From positions 20,708,001 to 20,772,000 of the forward strand of contig JBHGNT010000012.1 of assembly GCA_043228905.1 (NCBI GenBank): 64,000 nucleotides of DNA, read 5' to 3'. Position 1 is the first letter of the stretch. Each line of letters starts with the position of its first letter. The DNA comes from Azolla caroliniana. Lineage: Eukaryota; Plantae; Polypodiophyta. Below, piece by piece: positions 24,169-38,287 of the stretch. The notes beneath the pieces were generated by a model, which had not been told where the DNA came from, ran no database searches, and saw nothing but the letters and a program-made list of their open reading frames with translations. The translations under genes were made by a program, and so were the position numbers.

Positions 24169-25559
24169 TGTGAAATGCACATAAAAGGAAACCAAACTAG
24201 CTTGCCTAGCTTCTTACTTATCATTCAATTTATAGAGATACAAAGGTACCCAATTTAGGTCGGCCTAGCTACATGCGTCCCAAAAGGGCGTGCTAAAAGG
24301 GTGGGCTAAAAGGGGTGGTGTGCTAAAAGGGTGGTGTGTTAAGAGGCATGCACTCGCATGAAAGGGACACCACATTTTCCCCCTGAGAAAAACAAGGAGT
24401 TTTACAACATGGGGAAAAGAAGGGTGTGAGAAGATAGGCGTGGGGTAATATAGGGCTTGATACGGGCAACATGCGCGGAGGTGAATCGACCGTTGGAATC
24501 ACGCTGGAGAAAGTAAGTAGTGGGTTTGATGGCGCAAACTACAGTGAACGGACCGATCAATCAGTGCATGAGGGATTCGCTGAGACCGCACCCCCGGACC
24601 GGGAAGTAAACAAGCACTCTGGTTCCATCAGCATAAGTTGGGGTAATTCGACCCACGTCGTAGTGCCGCGTCTAACGTTGTTGTGCGATTTGTAGATTTT
24701 GGGAGCTAGCTTGTTGAAGGAGGGGGAGCATTTGTTGGAGATAGAGACCCCAAGTGGCACTATCCATGTTGGTAGGTTTGGAATGGACGTCAATGGACGA
24801 TTCTAGTGGGAGCCGAGGGTCGCGCCCATAGAGTGCTCGAAAAGGGCTTATTCGTGTTGATGCCTGTACGGATGTATTGTAGGTGTGGGTGACAAAAGGC
24901 AAGATTTGATCCCAGGTTTTGTGGCATGGATTGATGTAAGCGGCAATCTCTTGCTTGAGGGTCTTATTGAGGCGTTCGGTTAGGCCATTTGTTTGCGAAT
25001 GGTACGGGGACGTAAACACTTGTTGGACACCTAGTTGAGTTGTGACAACTTGAGGACATCCTCATGGAATTGGCGGCCTTGATCCGATAAGAGTTGGACA
25101 GGGCAACCATGCTGAAAAATTACCTTCTGCAAGAGTTGGGAGGCAACAGTTTCAGCCCACCTGGTGAGGTATTCTGTTATGACCAGGATATACATGTTGC
25201 CCCTCGAGGTTTCGAGAAAAGGTCCCATGAAATCCCATCCGACTAGCTCGAAAGGTGATGTGACAGTGATGGGGTCCATCGGGGTATCGACGTCGATGGG
25301 AGGGAATTGGGATGCCATGAACGAGGTGGTAATGGCTAAAATTTTACCCCGCTTCTCCACCAATGATGTGAAATGCACATAGAAGGAAACCAAACCAGCT
25401 TGCCTAGCTTCTTACTTATCGTTCAATTTATAGAGATACAAAGGTACCCATTTTGGGCTGGCCTAGCTACATGCGTCTCAAAAGGGTGGGCTAAAAGGGG
25501 TCGTGTGCTAAAAGGGTGGTGTGTTAAGAGGCATGCACTCACATGAAAGGGACACCACA
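24169..25559 (-). mobile_element. Miniature Ty3/gypsy LTR element retaining only integrase
   Basis: LTRs at 24169-24374 and 25367-25559 (TG..CA). PPT at 24375-24384. PBS complementary to the tRNA-Ala 3' end (plus strand ACCCCGCTTCTCCACCA, 25346-25362). Integrase motifs PFELVGWDFMGP, SDQGRQF, YHSQTNGLTERLN, GPF and HVARIKPY. Confidence 0.9.
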
Positions 25560-27297
25560 ATATTAAGTCTCTTTTATAGTGTCAAATCTCTTTTTTATGA
25601 CATTGGACATCCTATATGTATTGAACGTAGAATGTAGTGGGCTAAATGGTTAGTCCACACCACTTCCTCTTATGTTATCATCCATTTGAATGTGACCATC
25701 TCCTCCAACTCCATAATGATAACAATTATCCTTCGTTTCCTTTCATCTATCTCTAACGTGCAACTATTGTAATATCACGTGAGCTATGATGAAGGCCTAT
25801 ACTTTGCTTTTGCAATAGAAGGCATCAATATAAATATAAACTTTCTCCTTGGTTAAGATTTACATGTGCTCATCTTTCATAGAGTAAAACAAGATCATTG
25901 GATTGAACTCTTCTACTAATGGGATGTGACTACAAGAAATACAATTTAACTTGAGTTTGAAATAAAGACATAAGTTAATAGAGCAAAAGACATGGCTTGT
26001 CATGATTCCAACCACATCCATAGTTGGTTCAATGTCGGCATGTGATTTTGGGAAGCTAATAAGTTTGTGGAAACATGGAGGTCACTAATTTCCTACTCAC
26101 ATGCTTGAAAATCCTTGTATTGTCTAATCAATTTTCACTTGTGACAAAATCTTGAATGCATGGAATGGGCCTTGTGTGAGAGACATTTATGTTTTGAGGA
26201 GACTTGCAATGACCCAATTAAGCAAAAAGAAACATGGGAACTTATTGTTTTATTTTTCTATATTTCAAAACTTGGAAAAGAGAATCTTGAAGAGATTATT
26301 GGTATTAGAATCTCCCTCTATCGATAATCATAGACGAGTTGAAAGTGCATACCAATATGACAACTACTAACGTGATTCTAACTCTCATCGTTACTCTAGT
26401 TGAGGTGACAAGGTGTCCCATAGGTTCAATCACTTGAAAGCATCATCTAAGTACAATATTGTTGGACATATCCAATTGAGATTATTTGATGACTAACAAA
26501 TCAATATTATGGTTTTATAATTCAACAATAGTGTTAGATGGTAGTCCAACTAACCTTCTTGAACATTACTAGAGGAACGATCTATTATTTATCAACTCAA
26601 GGATGGTTGTCTAGATAACAAAGATCGAACAACTAGATGAATACATTTTTGGTTATGTGAGTCCATATTTGACTTCATATAAAGCCACCTAGACACATTT
26701 TGGATTTCTTGGGAGGATATTTAAAGGATTATTAGCCCAAGAAAAATACCACCAACACATATAATGATGTCTGTAATTTGTTGAAAACAAGGAATCTCTT
26801 AATGACAAAGGCATTCTTGAACATGAAATTGTGTATAATTTGTTAGTTCCTTAGTCTTAATCCCTTAAAATTTTCTATAGTTGGTTGCTTTGTTAATAAT
26901 GAAATTCATAAATCATGTAATTGAGTTAATTATCACCCTTAAAACGTTGGTTGTTAGTAAGATTAGAACCCTTAGTTCTAAGTTTAAGTCACATACATGT
27001 TGACCCCATTAATGCAATATGCTTCACTTATGATGGTTGGACATAGGAGTAACAGAAAGTTATTACTATGTGGAATTTGGATCCACTTAACTTGGTCTTT
27101 GTTTTACTTTTATGTAGAATTCAAATATCCTCCACGTTTGGGACTAATCTTGCTAGATTTCTTGTTGTTTAGATTCACATATCTCATGAAAGCACCCGAT
27201 GCTTATGCTTGAAATGTGCATGAGATCTTAAATGGATGTACCCTAAATTTATCATTGAGGATGATGATTGAGTCTATTAGGGGCGACATATCTGCCC

Positions 27298-27738
27298 CAA
27301 AATGGTGGGCCTCTAGATGGGCCAACAAGGGGAAATAAGAGGATGCAAAGACATTCAAAACCCAATTAGGGGAGTCCATGTGCCGACACTACAAGGATCA
27401 CACAAATTTGATAGGATGTTGTATATGATATGGATCCATGATGTCGTTCTCCACAAGAGTTTGTGGCAAACCCTTTTTTGTTGAATATGGCCTTATTGTC
27501 AAACCATCATGCAAAATGGTGGGCCTCTAGAAGGGCCAACTAGGGGAAATAAGAGGATGCAAAGACATTCAAAGCCCAATTAGGGGAGTCCATGTGCCGA
27601 CACTACAAGGATCACACAAATTTGATAGGATGTTGTATATGATATAGATCCATGATGTCATTCTCCACAAGAGTTTGTGGCAAACCCTTTTTTGTTGTTG
27701 AATATGGCCTTATTGTCAAACCATCATGCAAAATGGTG
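27298..27738. repeat. Tandem duplication, unit about 214-217 bp, two copies
   Basis: CAAAATGGTG starts at 27298, 27512 and 27729; the copies are nearly identical. Confidence 0.9.
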
Positions 27739-30700
27739 CAACACAATAAGGTTTAGAATCTTTTTCAAACTCATGCGCACCAAATATTATAAATTTATGT
27801 ACCATCTATAACATAGTAAAAGTTTGATGACCCGTTAATGGATGCATATCTGAATATTTTGAAGATATATGTGAACACAAGAAAGTGTGAAGGGTGCTTG
27901 AGTACACCAAGTGTTTACATGTAAAAGGAGATATAGGTATCTTTTGATGTTTTTGCGACCATTTCAAAAAAAATCGTACACATTATACGAAAATTACGTA
28001 TTGTAAAATTTGATGAGAACGAAATCGTCCTAATATATGGCTATTGTTGGACAATACAACTTTTCATTCTTGCCACATCTATGTAAAGGATGTTGTAAAC
28101 ACTTCATTAACATAGCCCACGACTTTCTCCCTCACTTCAATGGTTTATCTCTTTGGAATAGGCGATCTTTTGTAGATACGAACATGAAAGGATTAACACA
28201 AAATGTTTGCACCACGTTTTCATTAGATCTTGTCATCTTTTACTAGGTTCGTCTTACAATTATTTTCTCATCATATTTCTTGAAATCAATAATTTCTACT
28301 AGGTATTCCTATTGAAGAATAAGAATTGTAGGATTGCATCAATTGACAAGTGATATGCAACTACATAAAAAGACAAATGTAAATTTTCGCCAAACTAGAA
28401 AACTTGATTATGAAGAAATCATTTTTCTAAAGCATATTAGAATAGATTTCATTTTGATCATCAAAGATAACCAAAGTTATGCCTTAAATTAGGGATCTCA
28501 TGTTCTCTCTTTTTGTTCAATTTACAGCTTATAATGTGAATGTTAAAAATAATGGAACAAAAGTCACGGAATGTTTGTCTTCAAATGACCTTGTTACATT
28601 TTCATCATTAAACAATAAATCTGGATAATCTACTTGGAATTGAAGACAATGACATGTATTATAATATTATAATGATTTTCTTAGAGGATGGTCCAAACGC
28701 ATCCATCAATAGTGGAAAGAAAAAATAATGTAAATTTGCACTAAACCTATTATATGATGTGATATGATTTCACACCATCATATGTTTATACAATATGTTT
28801 GGTCTAAATGCTTAAAAGTTTTTGAAAATAGGAAGGAACAAAAGTATTGCCAATAATGTTGTTAAAAGATAAAAAGAGGTTGTCTGTTAATAAGTGCTCA
28901 ACCCACAAAGTTTGAATCATGCTCTTCTTCTTTCAATATTCTCTTCCATTAGGTTCGCTTTCAAAGCGTAAGGTTTCAAACATTGTATTGACAAATGTAG
29001 TCCTTGGGGATGTGGTTGAATCCCATAAAGAAATTTATTGTAACTTAACCAATATCACAATCAAGAGATACTAGCGACCGCATTTCCGCCTCAAACTGAA
29101 TTTGTTTAACTTTAATATTGCAATGCCATCATTTTCAGCCATTGGTTCTTGAAATTTTGTTTTCTAAGTAGCGTCCTTGGGTTTTACAAATCCATATTAG
29201 CATACTAATCGTTTGTATTGATTTATCATGCTTTTATGTTCAACTTGTAGATTCTTTTATAGGAGCAAATTCTGAATGCCACACTAAAAGAATATTTTGT
29301 GGGGTTATCCTATAATGTCTTGCTTCAATTGACCTAAAAACCATGGTTTTTGTTTACAATGGAAATGACAGACTTATAACTATGTAGCCATTTTCAAGTC
29401 CATTATAAACATGACAAATGTGAGCATAATTCAATCTTATTGGTGTAGAGGTAACACAAAGTTCTCATATTAATGTGTCACACATCTTGGCCCAATCAAA
29501 TGAAATTATTCTCAAAACCTTCCTTTATTAGAAGCAAACTATTTGTTAGTGCCACAAGTGGTAGCGTATGTTTACATACGTAATAGAGGAGTAAACATTC
29601 GATAGGAATTATTTGTTGGCAAAACATGATATATATTCTCAAAGAGCAAATAGAGCAATCATTGGCACAAGAAATGATTGTACCTTTAATTCCATTAGAT
29701 AGTTCTACATCTTTGTCCACTTTTGTGCATCATGTTTGATTCTTTATATATAAAGAGAGCAATAGCCAAGCTTGAACATATAAGATGGTGCTACACTATT
29801 GTGTTGGATTCTTGTTGAAATATTCACAAGTGGTGCATACGAAATGTTCTTCGATTCCTAAAGATGATTAGTTTTTGGATGCCACATATATTGTTTCAAT
29901 GTTTGGTTAATTCTTAAGACAATATGGATCCACAAGTTCATCTTTTCTTTTTCTTATAGTTGGTCAATTGTTAGGCTATTGAAATTGGTTTTTGTAATTA
30001 TTATTTAGTGAAGATAATCTCAAATTAAAAAGTTTTAAATGAGCACAAACATCAAACCCACTAGTTGAGATAATTCACCCAATGTTATGGCTAAGCTTAT
30101 GAATCTATAAACAAAGATTTACTAGATATAATCCAAAAGGATGATGTACATGTCTTACATTATGTATAAGGTAATGCTTAGAAACCACTTTCTTCAAGAA
30201 ACCCCTTTAACCCCTTCTTTGAGAGAGATGGAATGTGTGATTATCATTTTTGCAAGTAAAACATGACATGTGAAGCAAAAAGTGTAACATTTTCATGAAA
30301 TACAAATAGAAGTATCGGTGCAGTTTCCTCCTTTGATGAAGAATATGGTTTTGTAGTATATAATATAATGGTTGAACCATGAGCTCCACATTTTTCCCAT
30401 GTCATGATACATTAGCATTACAACCTTGTTCAAGAGGAACCTATTGATACATTATGAAGCAAGTGTGTTGCATCCTATTTTTCAAGCCATTTTTTCATAT
30501 CTTGCATCCAACCCATGTTGCAGAATTATATGTGTATGTGTGAAATTGAGCGGCTCTACTAAAGACCTAAACTAAGGAAGATGACTTGCCAATGAAGAAA
30601 CAAAGAAGATGATGGCACCTCTTTAATGTGGGCTTTGTGAACCAATTAGCGGGTTTGTCTGTGTACATGCATAGAGAGTTTGGATAGAAGATTTGTATAA

Positions 30701-30829
30701 AAATGTATAAAAATCATGTGGATATGTAAATGTATGTGCTTACAAGTGGTATAACCATGTATACCTAAAGGCTAAAGGTAAAAAGGCATTTGTGTATGTT
30801 CATGTGCATACATTTGATTGAGATGTAGT

Positions 30830-33510
30830 GTGTGCATGTGAATGTATGGGGACCGACAAAAAATGCATCAATTGGTGGTTGCAAGTTTTATGTAACATTC
30901 ATTGATGATTGCTCAAGAAAAACATGGGTTTACTTCATGAAAGAAAAGAGTGAAGTATTTGAGTGTTTTCGTAAGTTCAAATGCATGGTAGAAAAGCAGA
31001 CCGAAACTAGAATAAAATGTTATCGAATGGAGGAGGAGAATACTTCTCAAATGAATTCTCTGATTTTCTATGAAATCAAGGAATAAGGAGACAGTTCACA
31101 TGTAGATATACTCCACAACAAAATGGAGTGGCTGAGAGGAAAAACAGAACATTGGCAAACATAGCAAGAGCTTTGATGACAAAAAGAAGAAGTCATTGTA
31201 TTACTAGGTTGAGGCTGTAAATACAACAAACTATATTCTAAATAGATGCATAACATCTGGAGTACATGTAGTAACTCATGAAGAATGTTTCTATGGCAGG
31301 AAACCTAGTTTAGGACACTTAAAAGTGTTTGGATGCCTTGCTTATGTTCATGTACATGCTGAAGTAAGAAGTAAGCTTGATCCAAAAGCTGAAAAATGTG
31401 TTTTTGTGGGATATTCAGAGGAGCAAACAGGGTATAGATGTTATAACCCTTTGACAAAAAGGATTGTAGTAAGTCGTGATGTGATATTTGATGAGTTGGC
31501 CAGTTGGTACAACCCAAAACAGAGTGCAGAAACTAATGAAGACAATGAAAATGAAGACATGAATAAATTTGAAAATGAAAGTGATTGCCATAGAAATGGA
31601 AACAAGGTTGGACAACAAAGTCCAACATCGATAGCATGTACTGGACCATATGAAAACTCTGGTAGTAAGTCTGAATCAAATGCTTGGAGTGGAAAAAATG
31701 TAAGACATAAAAAAAATGATAATAATAAGGGAAAACAGAAGATGCCAGAATATGCAATGCTTGATGAAGGATCTAGAAACATGGAAGATGTAGATTCATA
31801 TGTATCATTGGATGATGAGTTGGGTACACAAGTGCTGAAAAAGCAATGAAAAATGTAAATTAGAAATTGAGAAGATCGGATAGAGAGAGAAAAACTATTG
31901 AAAGATATGGTTATGATACATACATGGCTATGCATTATGCATATATGTCTAAAGTGGTACAAATCCCTGATCCAAATAGTTTTGATGAAGCAAAAGCTGA
32001 GAAGAAATGGGTGAATGCAATGCAAGAAGAAATGGATGCATTGGCTGAAAATAAAACATGGGATTTGGTAAAGTTGCCAAAAGGAAAAAATGTTGTAGGT
32101 TGCAAATGGGTCTACAAAACAAAGCATGATTCCAATGGGAATGTAAGTAGACATAAAGCAAGACTTGTTGCAAAGGGATATGCCCAAATGCAAGGAATTG
32201 ATTATGATGAGACATTTGCACCGGTTGCAAAAATGGCAACCTTGAGGATACTACTCGTTATAAGTGCAACCAAAAGATGGTTTCTGCAACATATGGATGT
32301 AAAAAATGCCTTTTTACATGGTAACTTAGAAGAGGAAGTATACATGTGTCAACCACGAGGATTTGAAAATAAGAAGCATCCAAAATATGTTTGTAAGCTG
32401 AATAAGGCTCTCTATAGACTGAAACAAGCACCGAGAGCATGGCACAGGAAACTTTCAAAATCTCTGAAAAAAATTGCTTTCAAAATGTCAAACGTTGATC
32501 CATCATTGTATGTAAAGATTGTGGATGACTACATTGTAACTGTGATTTTGATTTATGTTGATGATTTAATCATTGGAGGTGATTCTATGGATGAAATAAG
32601 CAAGCTGAAGAAAAATCTGGAAATGCAATTTCATATGAAGGATTTGGGAGAGCTAAAATACTTTCTTGGTATTGAGATGATCAGATTTGAAAGTGGAATA
32701 ACATGCTCCAAAAACATTATGTTACAACTGTGTTGAAGAAATATGGAATGCTTGGATGCAAACCTATTGATGTACCACTGGATACGAATTGCAAATTGAG
32801 GGTTGATTTGGGAGCAAAAATAGCAAATGTTAACATGTACATGTCTATTGTGGGCAGCCTCATATACTTGACTATAACAAGACCTGATTTGTGTTATGCA
32901 GTTGGATTAGTCAGCCAGTTTATGCAAAAGCCACCAAAGCCCCATTTGGATTGCATTAGAAGAATTTTGAGGTATGTAAAAGCTACTCAAAACTATGGAC
33001 TGTTTTATAGGGCTGATATGGACATAAAGTTGGAAGGATATACATATGTTGATTGGGCTGGAAGCCAAACTGATTGAAGATCCACGAGTGGGTATATGTT
33101 TACATTCGGAAGTGCAGTTATTTCATGGAGTAACAAGAAACAAGCTATTATTGCATTATCAAGTACTGAAGCTGAATATAGAGGAGCTGCAATAGCTACC
33201 TGTGAAGAAGTATGGATCAGAAGATTGCTTGTTGATTTGGGAGAGTATATAGATGGTGTAGTCATAATTTGGTGTGACAATATGTGTTGGGAATTTGGTC
33301 CCTCCGGATCGGACGAGCCAAAGGAAGGAACTGGACCGGAAGGTATCCGGATGGATCCAGTGTGAACCGAATCTATGGACATATCTACAAATATGTTTCT
33401 ATTGTGTCTGTAAAGGCTATATTTGTAAATAGTTTTAAAGTCATATAAGTATAAATATGACTTAGGGCAATCACTTCAAAAGTTGTTGTGGTTAGTTGTA
33501 TCATTATTGT

Positions 33511-33558
<48 letters not shown>

Positions 33559-36500
33559 GAATCAATTTCTGTTGTAACCGTCGGTTGGCGAGGATACTGA
33601 GCTCGAGGTCATTGCCTCTGAGTCTCCCGTTGTACCTTTTTCTCCTATAGTGATAGTTGGAGTCTGTGGGCTCTCGTGGGTTTTCCCTACTAGGGTTTTC
33701 CACGTAAACATCCTGTGTCGTCTCTACTGTGTAAGTGTACGAACCTCAATTTCTGTTTTGTTCTTTCATAAAGTGTTTGAGTCTCAGTTGTGGCCGAGCG
33801 TTATTCCGCACAAACTAGTATCAGAGCAAACAAGAAAATGAAAGAGTCATTCAGAAGCATGTTCAAGCTCACCGCCTCCAACTACCAAGTGTGGAAGTCG
33901 AAGATGAGGGACATGCTCGTGGTCAAAGATCTCTGGCTGTCGATACAGTTCGGGGACAAGAAATTGGACAAGATCGATGCCACAACATGGGAGGTGATGC
34001 ACATGAAGACGACGGCATACATATGGTGCTTCATCGACATGAGCATGTACAACAACTTCAATGAAGAAAATATGAAGACGACGACTCATGTGCTCTAGGA
34101 GAAAATCAGCACCATGTTGGAGAGCAAAAACACTGTAAATCAGGTTTCGGTATTCCGGAAGTTAGTAAGACTCCGGTACTAGGACGGATCCAGCATGGCG
34201 GAGCACATGAACGCATTCAAGGGGCTCATAAATCAAACAACTTCGCTTGAAGTACCTCTAGCCGATGAGGTACTTGCATTGGTCCTGCTCGGTTCCCTCC
34301 CGAATAGTTGTGAGACGCTAGTTGTCACTTTGGGCAACGCCGGGCCGGAAGGAAAGCGGTTGTCCCTAGCAAGGGTAAAATCAAGCTTGCTAGATGAAGA
34401 AGCTCACCGGAAGGATCGGGAATCCGGAACCGACCCGAAGGCTTTGGTTACAAAAGATGACCAAAACCGGGGAAGAGACCGAAATTGGAGTCCCCAAAAC
34501 TGGGACAATTGGGGACGAGATCAAAGTTAAGGGGGAGGCCTACTTGCTTCTACTATGGGAAGCTGGAGCACTTCCAGAAGAACTATTGGCATTTCCGGAA
34601 AGAGAAAGGGGCTGACACCACTGATTCGAAGAAGAGTTCGGACCGGAGAGGTCCGGATCAGAAAGGAACGTCGGCAATCGCGACAAGTGAAGAAGAATTG
34701 TTGCTCATCACCAAGGAGAATGAGTTAAACCTTGTCGGCGACGAGACAACATGGGTTGTTGATTCCGGAGCATCGTTCCACCTAACACCGGATCGGAAAT
34801 GCTTCTTGTCCTACAGAGTCGGCGATCTCGATTGTGACCAGATGGGGAATGAAGGGTCATGCTGAATTGTCGGCATAGGTGGTGTGTGGTTGATGACATC
34901 AACCGGGTGCAAGTTGTTGTTGAAGGATGTCTGACACGTTCCGGAGGTTCGGTTGAACCTAATATCAACCGGTTAGCTAGATGATGAAGGCTACATGGGT
35001 AGCATCCGGAATGGAGTCATGAAATTCAACAAAGGAAGCTTGATCGTGTTTCGAGCCCGGAAGATCAACACGTTGTACCTAATGCACGCCCGAATATCCC
35101 GGGAAGAAGTGAACATAGCATCCGACAATGCCGGTGAGTTGTGGCACAAGAGACTGTGTCATATGAACCAGAAGGGGATGAGAAGACTTGCCGGAGATAG
35201 CCTCATTCCGGAGGTGAAAGATGCACATGTTGAGAAGTGCACCGATTGCTTGGCCGACAAGCAAAACTGAACCTCCTTCCGGTCAAGACCACCGATGAGA
35301 CGGAATGCATTGCTAGAGTTGGTGGATACCAATGTGTGTCAAGTGGACACGAAGTCACATGCTGCATCGCGGTACTTCGTGATGTTCATAGACGACCACA
35401 TCCGGAAGTTGTGGGTCTCATCGTTGAAGACGAAGGATCAGGTGTTGTCTATCTTCAAGGAGCTCCATGCGAGAGTGGAAAGGGAAACTGGCTGGAAGCT
35501 ATAGGCAGTTCAAGCAGATAACGGAGGCGAATATCGGGGGTAGTTCGAGGATTATTGTCAGTCGAAGGGAATCGACTCGAATTCACTGTGCCGAAGACGC
35601 TGGAATTGAATGGGTTGGCTGAACGGATGAACTAAACCATAACGGAGAGAGTCTGAAGCATGCTAGCATATGCAAAGTTATCCAAGATGTTTTGGGTTGA
35701 GGCGATGATGACGACGACGTACGTGATTAATAGATCACCCTCAACACCCTTGGAAGGTGACACACCACAGAGAGTATGGACCGGTTAAAGACGTGTCTTA
35801 CCGGCATCTTAAGGTATCCAGTTGTCTCGCTTATGTGCATGTTGCAAAGGATAAGAGAGCAAAGTTGGATCTAATGTCCCGGCCATGCATATTCTTTGGA
35901 TACAACGATGATGAGTTCAACTACCGAGTGTGGGACTTCGTCGACAAGAAGGTGTTCCAGAATCGAGACATAGTCTTCATGGAACACAAGACTATTGCCG
36001 ACTGGGAGTCGGAGAAGAAGATAGCAGACTCTGGATTCACCAACAAAGATCGGTTGAAAGACACAAGGACTCATCCGGCCTGAAGCCGGACGACACTCAA
36101 AGAACTGGTCGGAGTCAGACAAGAATTTAGACCTACCGAAGAAGAAGTTTTGGACACCGGAACTGGTCAAGACCCCGAATCGGGTTCAGATGGAGAACAA
36201 ACGGAGGAACTGGTAGTTGAAGACCAAGGACGGAGATACCCTCTCAGAGAGAGAAGAGCCCCCCGAAGATTTCCGGATGCAGAGCACGTATTGCTGACCG
36301 ATGAGGGGGAGTCGGAAAGCTTCGATGAATCGGCTCTACTGTGATAGCCAAAGTGCCATCCACCTTGCTAAGAACACAACCTACCATTCCCGGACCAAGC
36401 ACATCCAGAGAAGATATCACTGGCTCCGGGAGAAGGTAGAAGATCAAGACTTCGCACTAACAAAGATCCACACAGAGGAGAACGGGTCGGATATGCTGAC

Positions 36501-36820
36501 CAAGGTGTTGTCAGCCGACAAATTGGACACATGTCGGAGACGGATCGGACTAACGAGAAATCCCGTGCCGGAGTGAAGGGGGAGTTTGTTGGGAGTTTGG
36601 TCCCTCCCGAGGAGCTGGATCGGACGAGCCGAAGGAAGGAACCGGACTGGAAGGTATCCGGATGAATCCGGTGTGAACCGGATCCATGGGCATATCTACA
36701 AATATGTTTATGTTGTGCCTGTAAAGGTTATATTTGTAAATAGTTTTTAAGTCATATAAGTATAAATATGACTTAGGGCAATCACTTCAAAAGTTATTGT
36801 TGTTAGTTGTATCATTGTTG

Positions 36821-36858
<38 letters not shown>

Positions 36859-37691
36859 AAGTTGAATCAGTTTTTGTTGTATCCACCGGTTGGCGAGGAT
36901 ACAGAGCTCGAGGTCATTGCCTCTCAGTCTCCTGTTGTACCTTTTTCTCTTATTGTGATAGTTGGAGTATGTGGGCTCCCGTGGTTTTTCCCTACTAGGG
37001 TTTTCCACGTAAACATCTTGTGTCGTCTCTTCTGTGTAAATGTACGAACCTCAATTTTTGTTTTGTTCTTTCATAAAGTGTTTGAGTCTCGGTTGTGGTC
37101 GAGTGTTATTCCAGACAATATGAGCAATATTCAGCTCGCAAAAAATCAAGTGTTCCATGCAAGAACAAAGCACATTGAAGTGCATCATCACTTTATTAGA
37201 GAAAAAGTGATTGATGGAGAAGTGGATTTGTTGAACTTGTATGCGAGTACAAATCAACAATTGGTAGACATTCTTACCAAGGGACTGAGCATAGAAAAAC
37301 ATACACAGTTTAGGGACATGATGGGAGTTATAAGCATGATGGAAAAGAAGACTGACGATGATCTCAAGAGTGGATAAGTTGAGCTTGAGGAGTGTGAAAG
37401 CGGTTTTAGAATTCAAGGTATTGAACGCTATAAGAATATAAGGTATGGAATGGAGCATTCACATCCGGAGGGCAAGAACACGAACCAAGGTCTTGAGGAT
37501 AAGTCAAACTAAAAGCAAGACACGTGGAGAAAAGTAAAAGTACGCACATAATCACACATACGCGCCACACACTTACACATACACACTTACACGTAATAAT
37601 ATAAATGCACCGATCATCTCTCACACACAAGAATGCACATTTTAACATAAAAACAAAACACAAACTCTTTGCCCCTTGAGAGCTCCTATCA
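30830..37691 (+). mobile_element. 5'-truncated, degenerate Ty1/copia (integrase-RT-RNase H plus putative 3' LTR), interrupted by a nested Copia
   Basis: HVNVWGP, FIDDCSR, FGCLAYVHV, HKARLVAKG, IYVDDL, TRPDL, SSTEAEY. RNase H WCDNM|SNIQLAKN..HARTKHIE is split by the insertion at 33285-37117. Putative 3' LTR TG..CA at about 37393-37691 after a purine tract; no 5' LTR seen. Confidence 0.85.
33285..37117 (+). mobile_element. Nested Ty1/copia with both LTRs but the RT deleted (non-autonomous)
   Basis: LTRs at 33285-33812 and 36587-37117 (about 530 bp, internal (GA)n). TSD ATATG at 33280-33284 and 37118-37122. PBS TAGTATCAGAGC at 33816-33827; PPT GAAGGGGGAG at 36575-36584. Gag, protease (WVVDSGAS) and integrase fragments lead directly into LYCDSQSAIHLAKN. 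Confidence 0.92.
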
Positions 37692-37693
37692 GC

Positions 37694-37711
37694 AGGGTTT
37701 AGGGTTTAGGG
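37694..37711 (-). promoter_or_regulatory. Telo-box / interstitial plant telomere repeats upstream of FAN1
   Basis: AGGGTTTAGGGTTTAGGG; a further AACCCTAA at 38280-38287. Confidence 0.5.
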
Positions 37712-37712
37712 C

Positions 37713-38147
37713 CAACAATCGGCAACGGTTCGGTTCGGTTCAAGAGGGTCAAAACCGAACCGTTTAAAATTTTTGATACCAAAACTGAACCACGAAACTG
37801 TTAAACTGAACCATTAAAAAATGTTAAAACCATGAAGCCATTAAACCGGTAAAACCACGGTCTCGTGGTTTGGTTTCGGTTTTCAACTTAGATCAAAACT
37901 TAAAATATTTCATTATTTTAATTTTCAAAATTTTAAAGATTTTCCTAAAATGTGAGAGTAAGGCATGAAAATGAAAAGATTGTTTAAAAAAAAATTTAAA
38001 CAAAATAAAAAATAAAAAACCGTTAAACCATTAAAACCGAGGTTTCTATTGAAACCGAACGGAACCGTTAAAAAAAACCCGAACCTGAACCGAACCGTGT
38101 AAGCCGTTAAGCCGCGGTTTCACGGTTCAAACCGTTGCCGATTGTTA
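37713..38147. mobile_element. AACCG-rich hAT-like MITE in the FAN1 promoter
   Basis: Perfect 17-bp inverted repeat AACAATCGGCAACGGTT (37714-37730) / AACCGTTGCCGATTGTT (38130-38146). Degenerate 8-bp TSD TTTAGGGC / TTTGGGGG. Many AAACCG subterminal motifs. Confidence 0.8.
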
Positions 38148-38287
38148 TTTGGGGGCAAGCCTCAAGGGGAGGGAGGGGTATTTCGGGAAATGGCCCGACT
38201 TTGGATCTCCCGCCAAAATTAAACACGACCCCAGATTTGCACAGTAGTAGTAGCAGCCTCTGTGCGCTCGATCCACCGGAACCCTAA

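Noticed and set aside
27298-27738. Repeats as a possible CRISPR-like or spacer array
   Set aside because: A simple two-unit tandem duplication with no unique spacers, in eukaryotic context.
31441-32193. 250-aa minus-strand ORF
   Set aside because: Antisense shadow of the Copia pol linker and RT.
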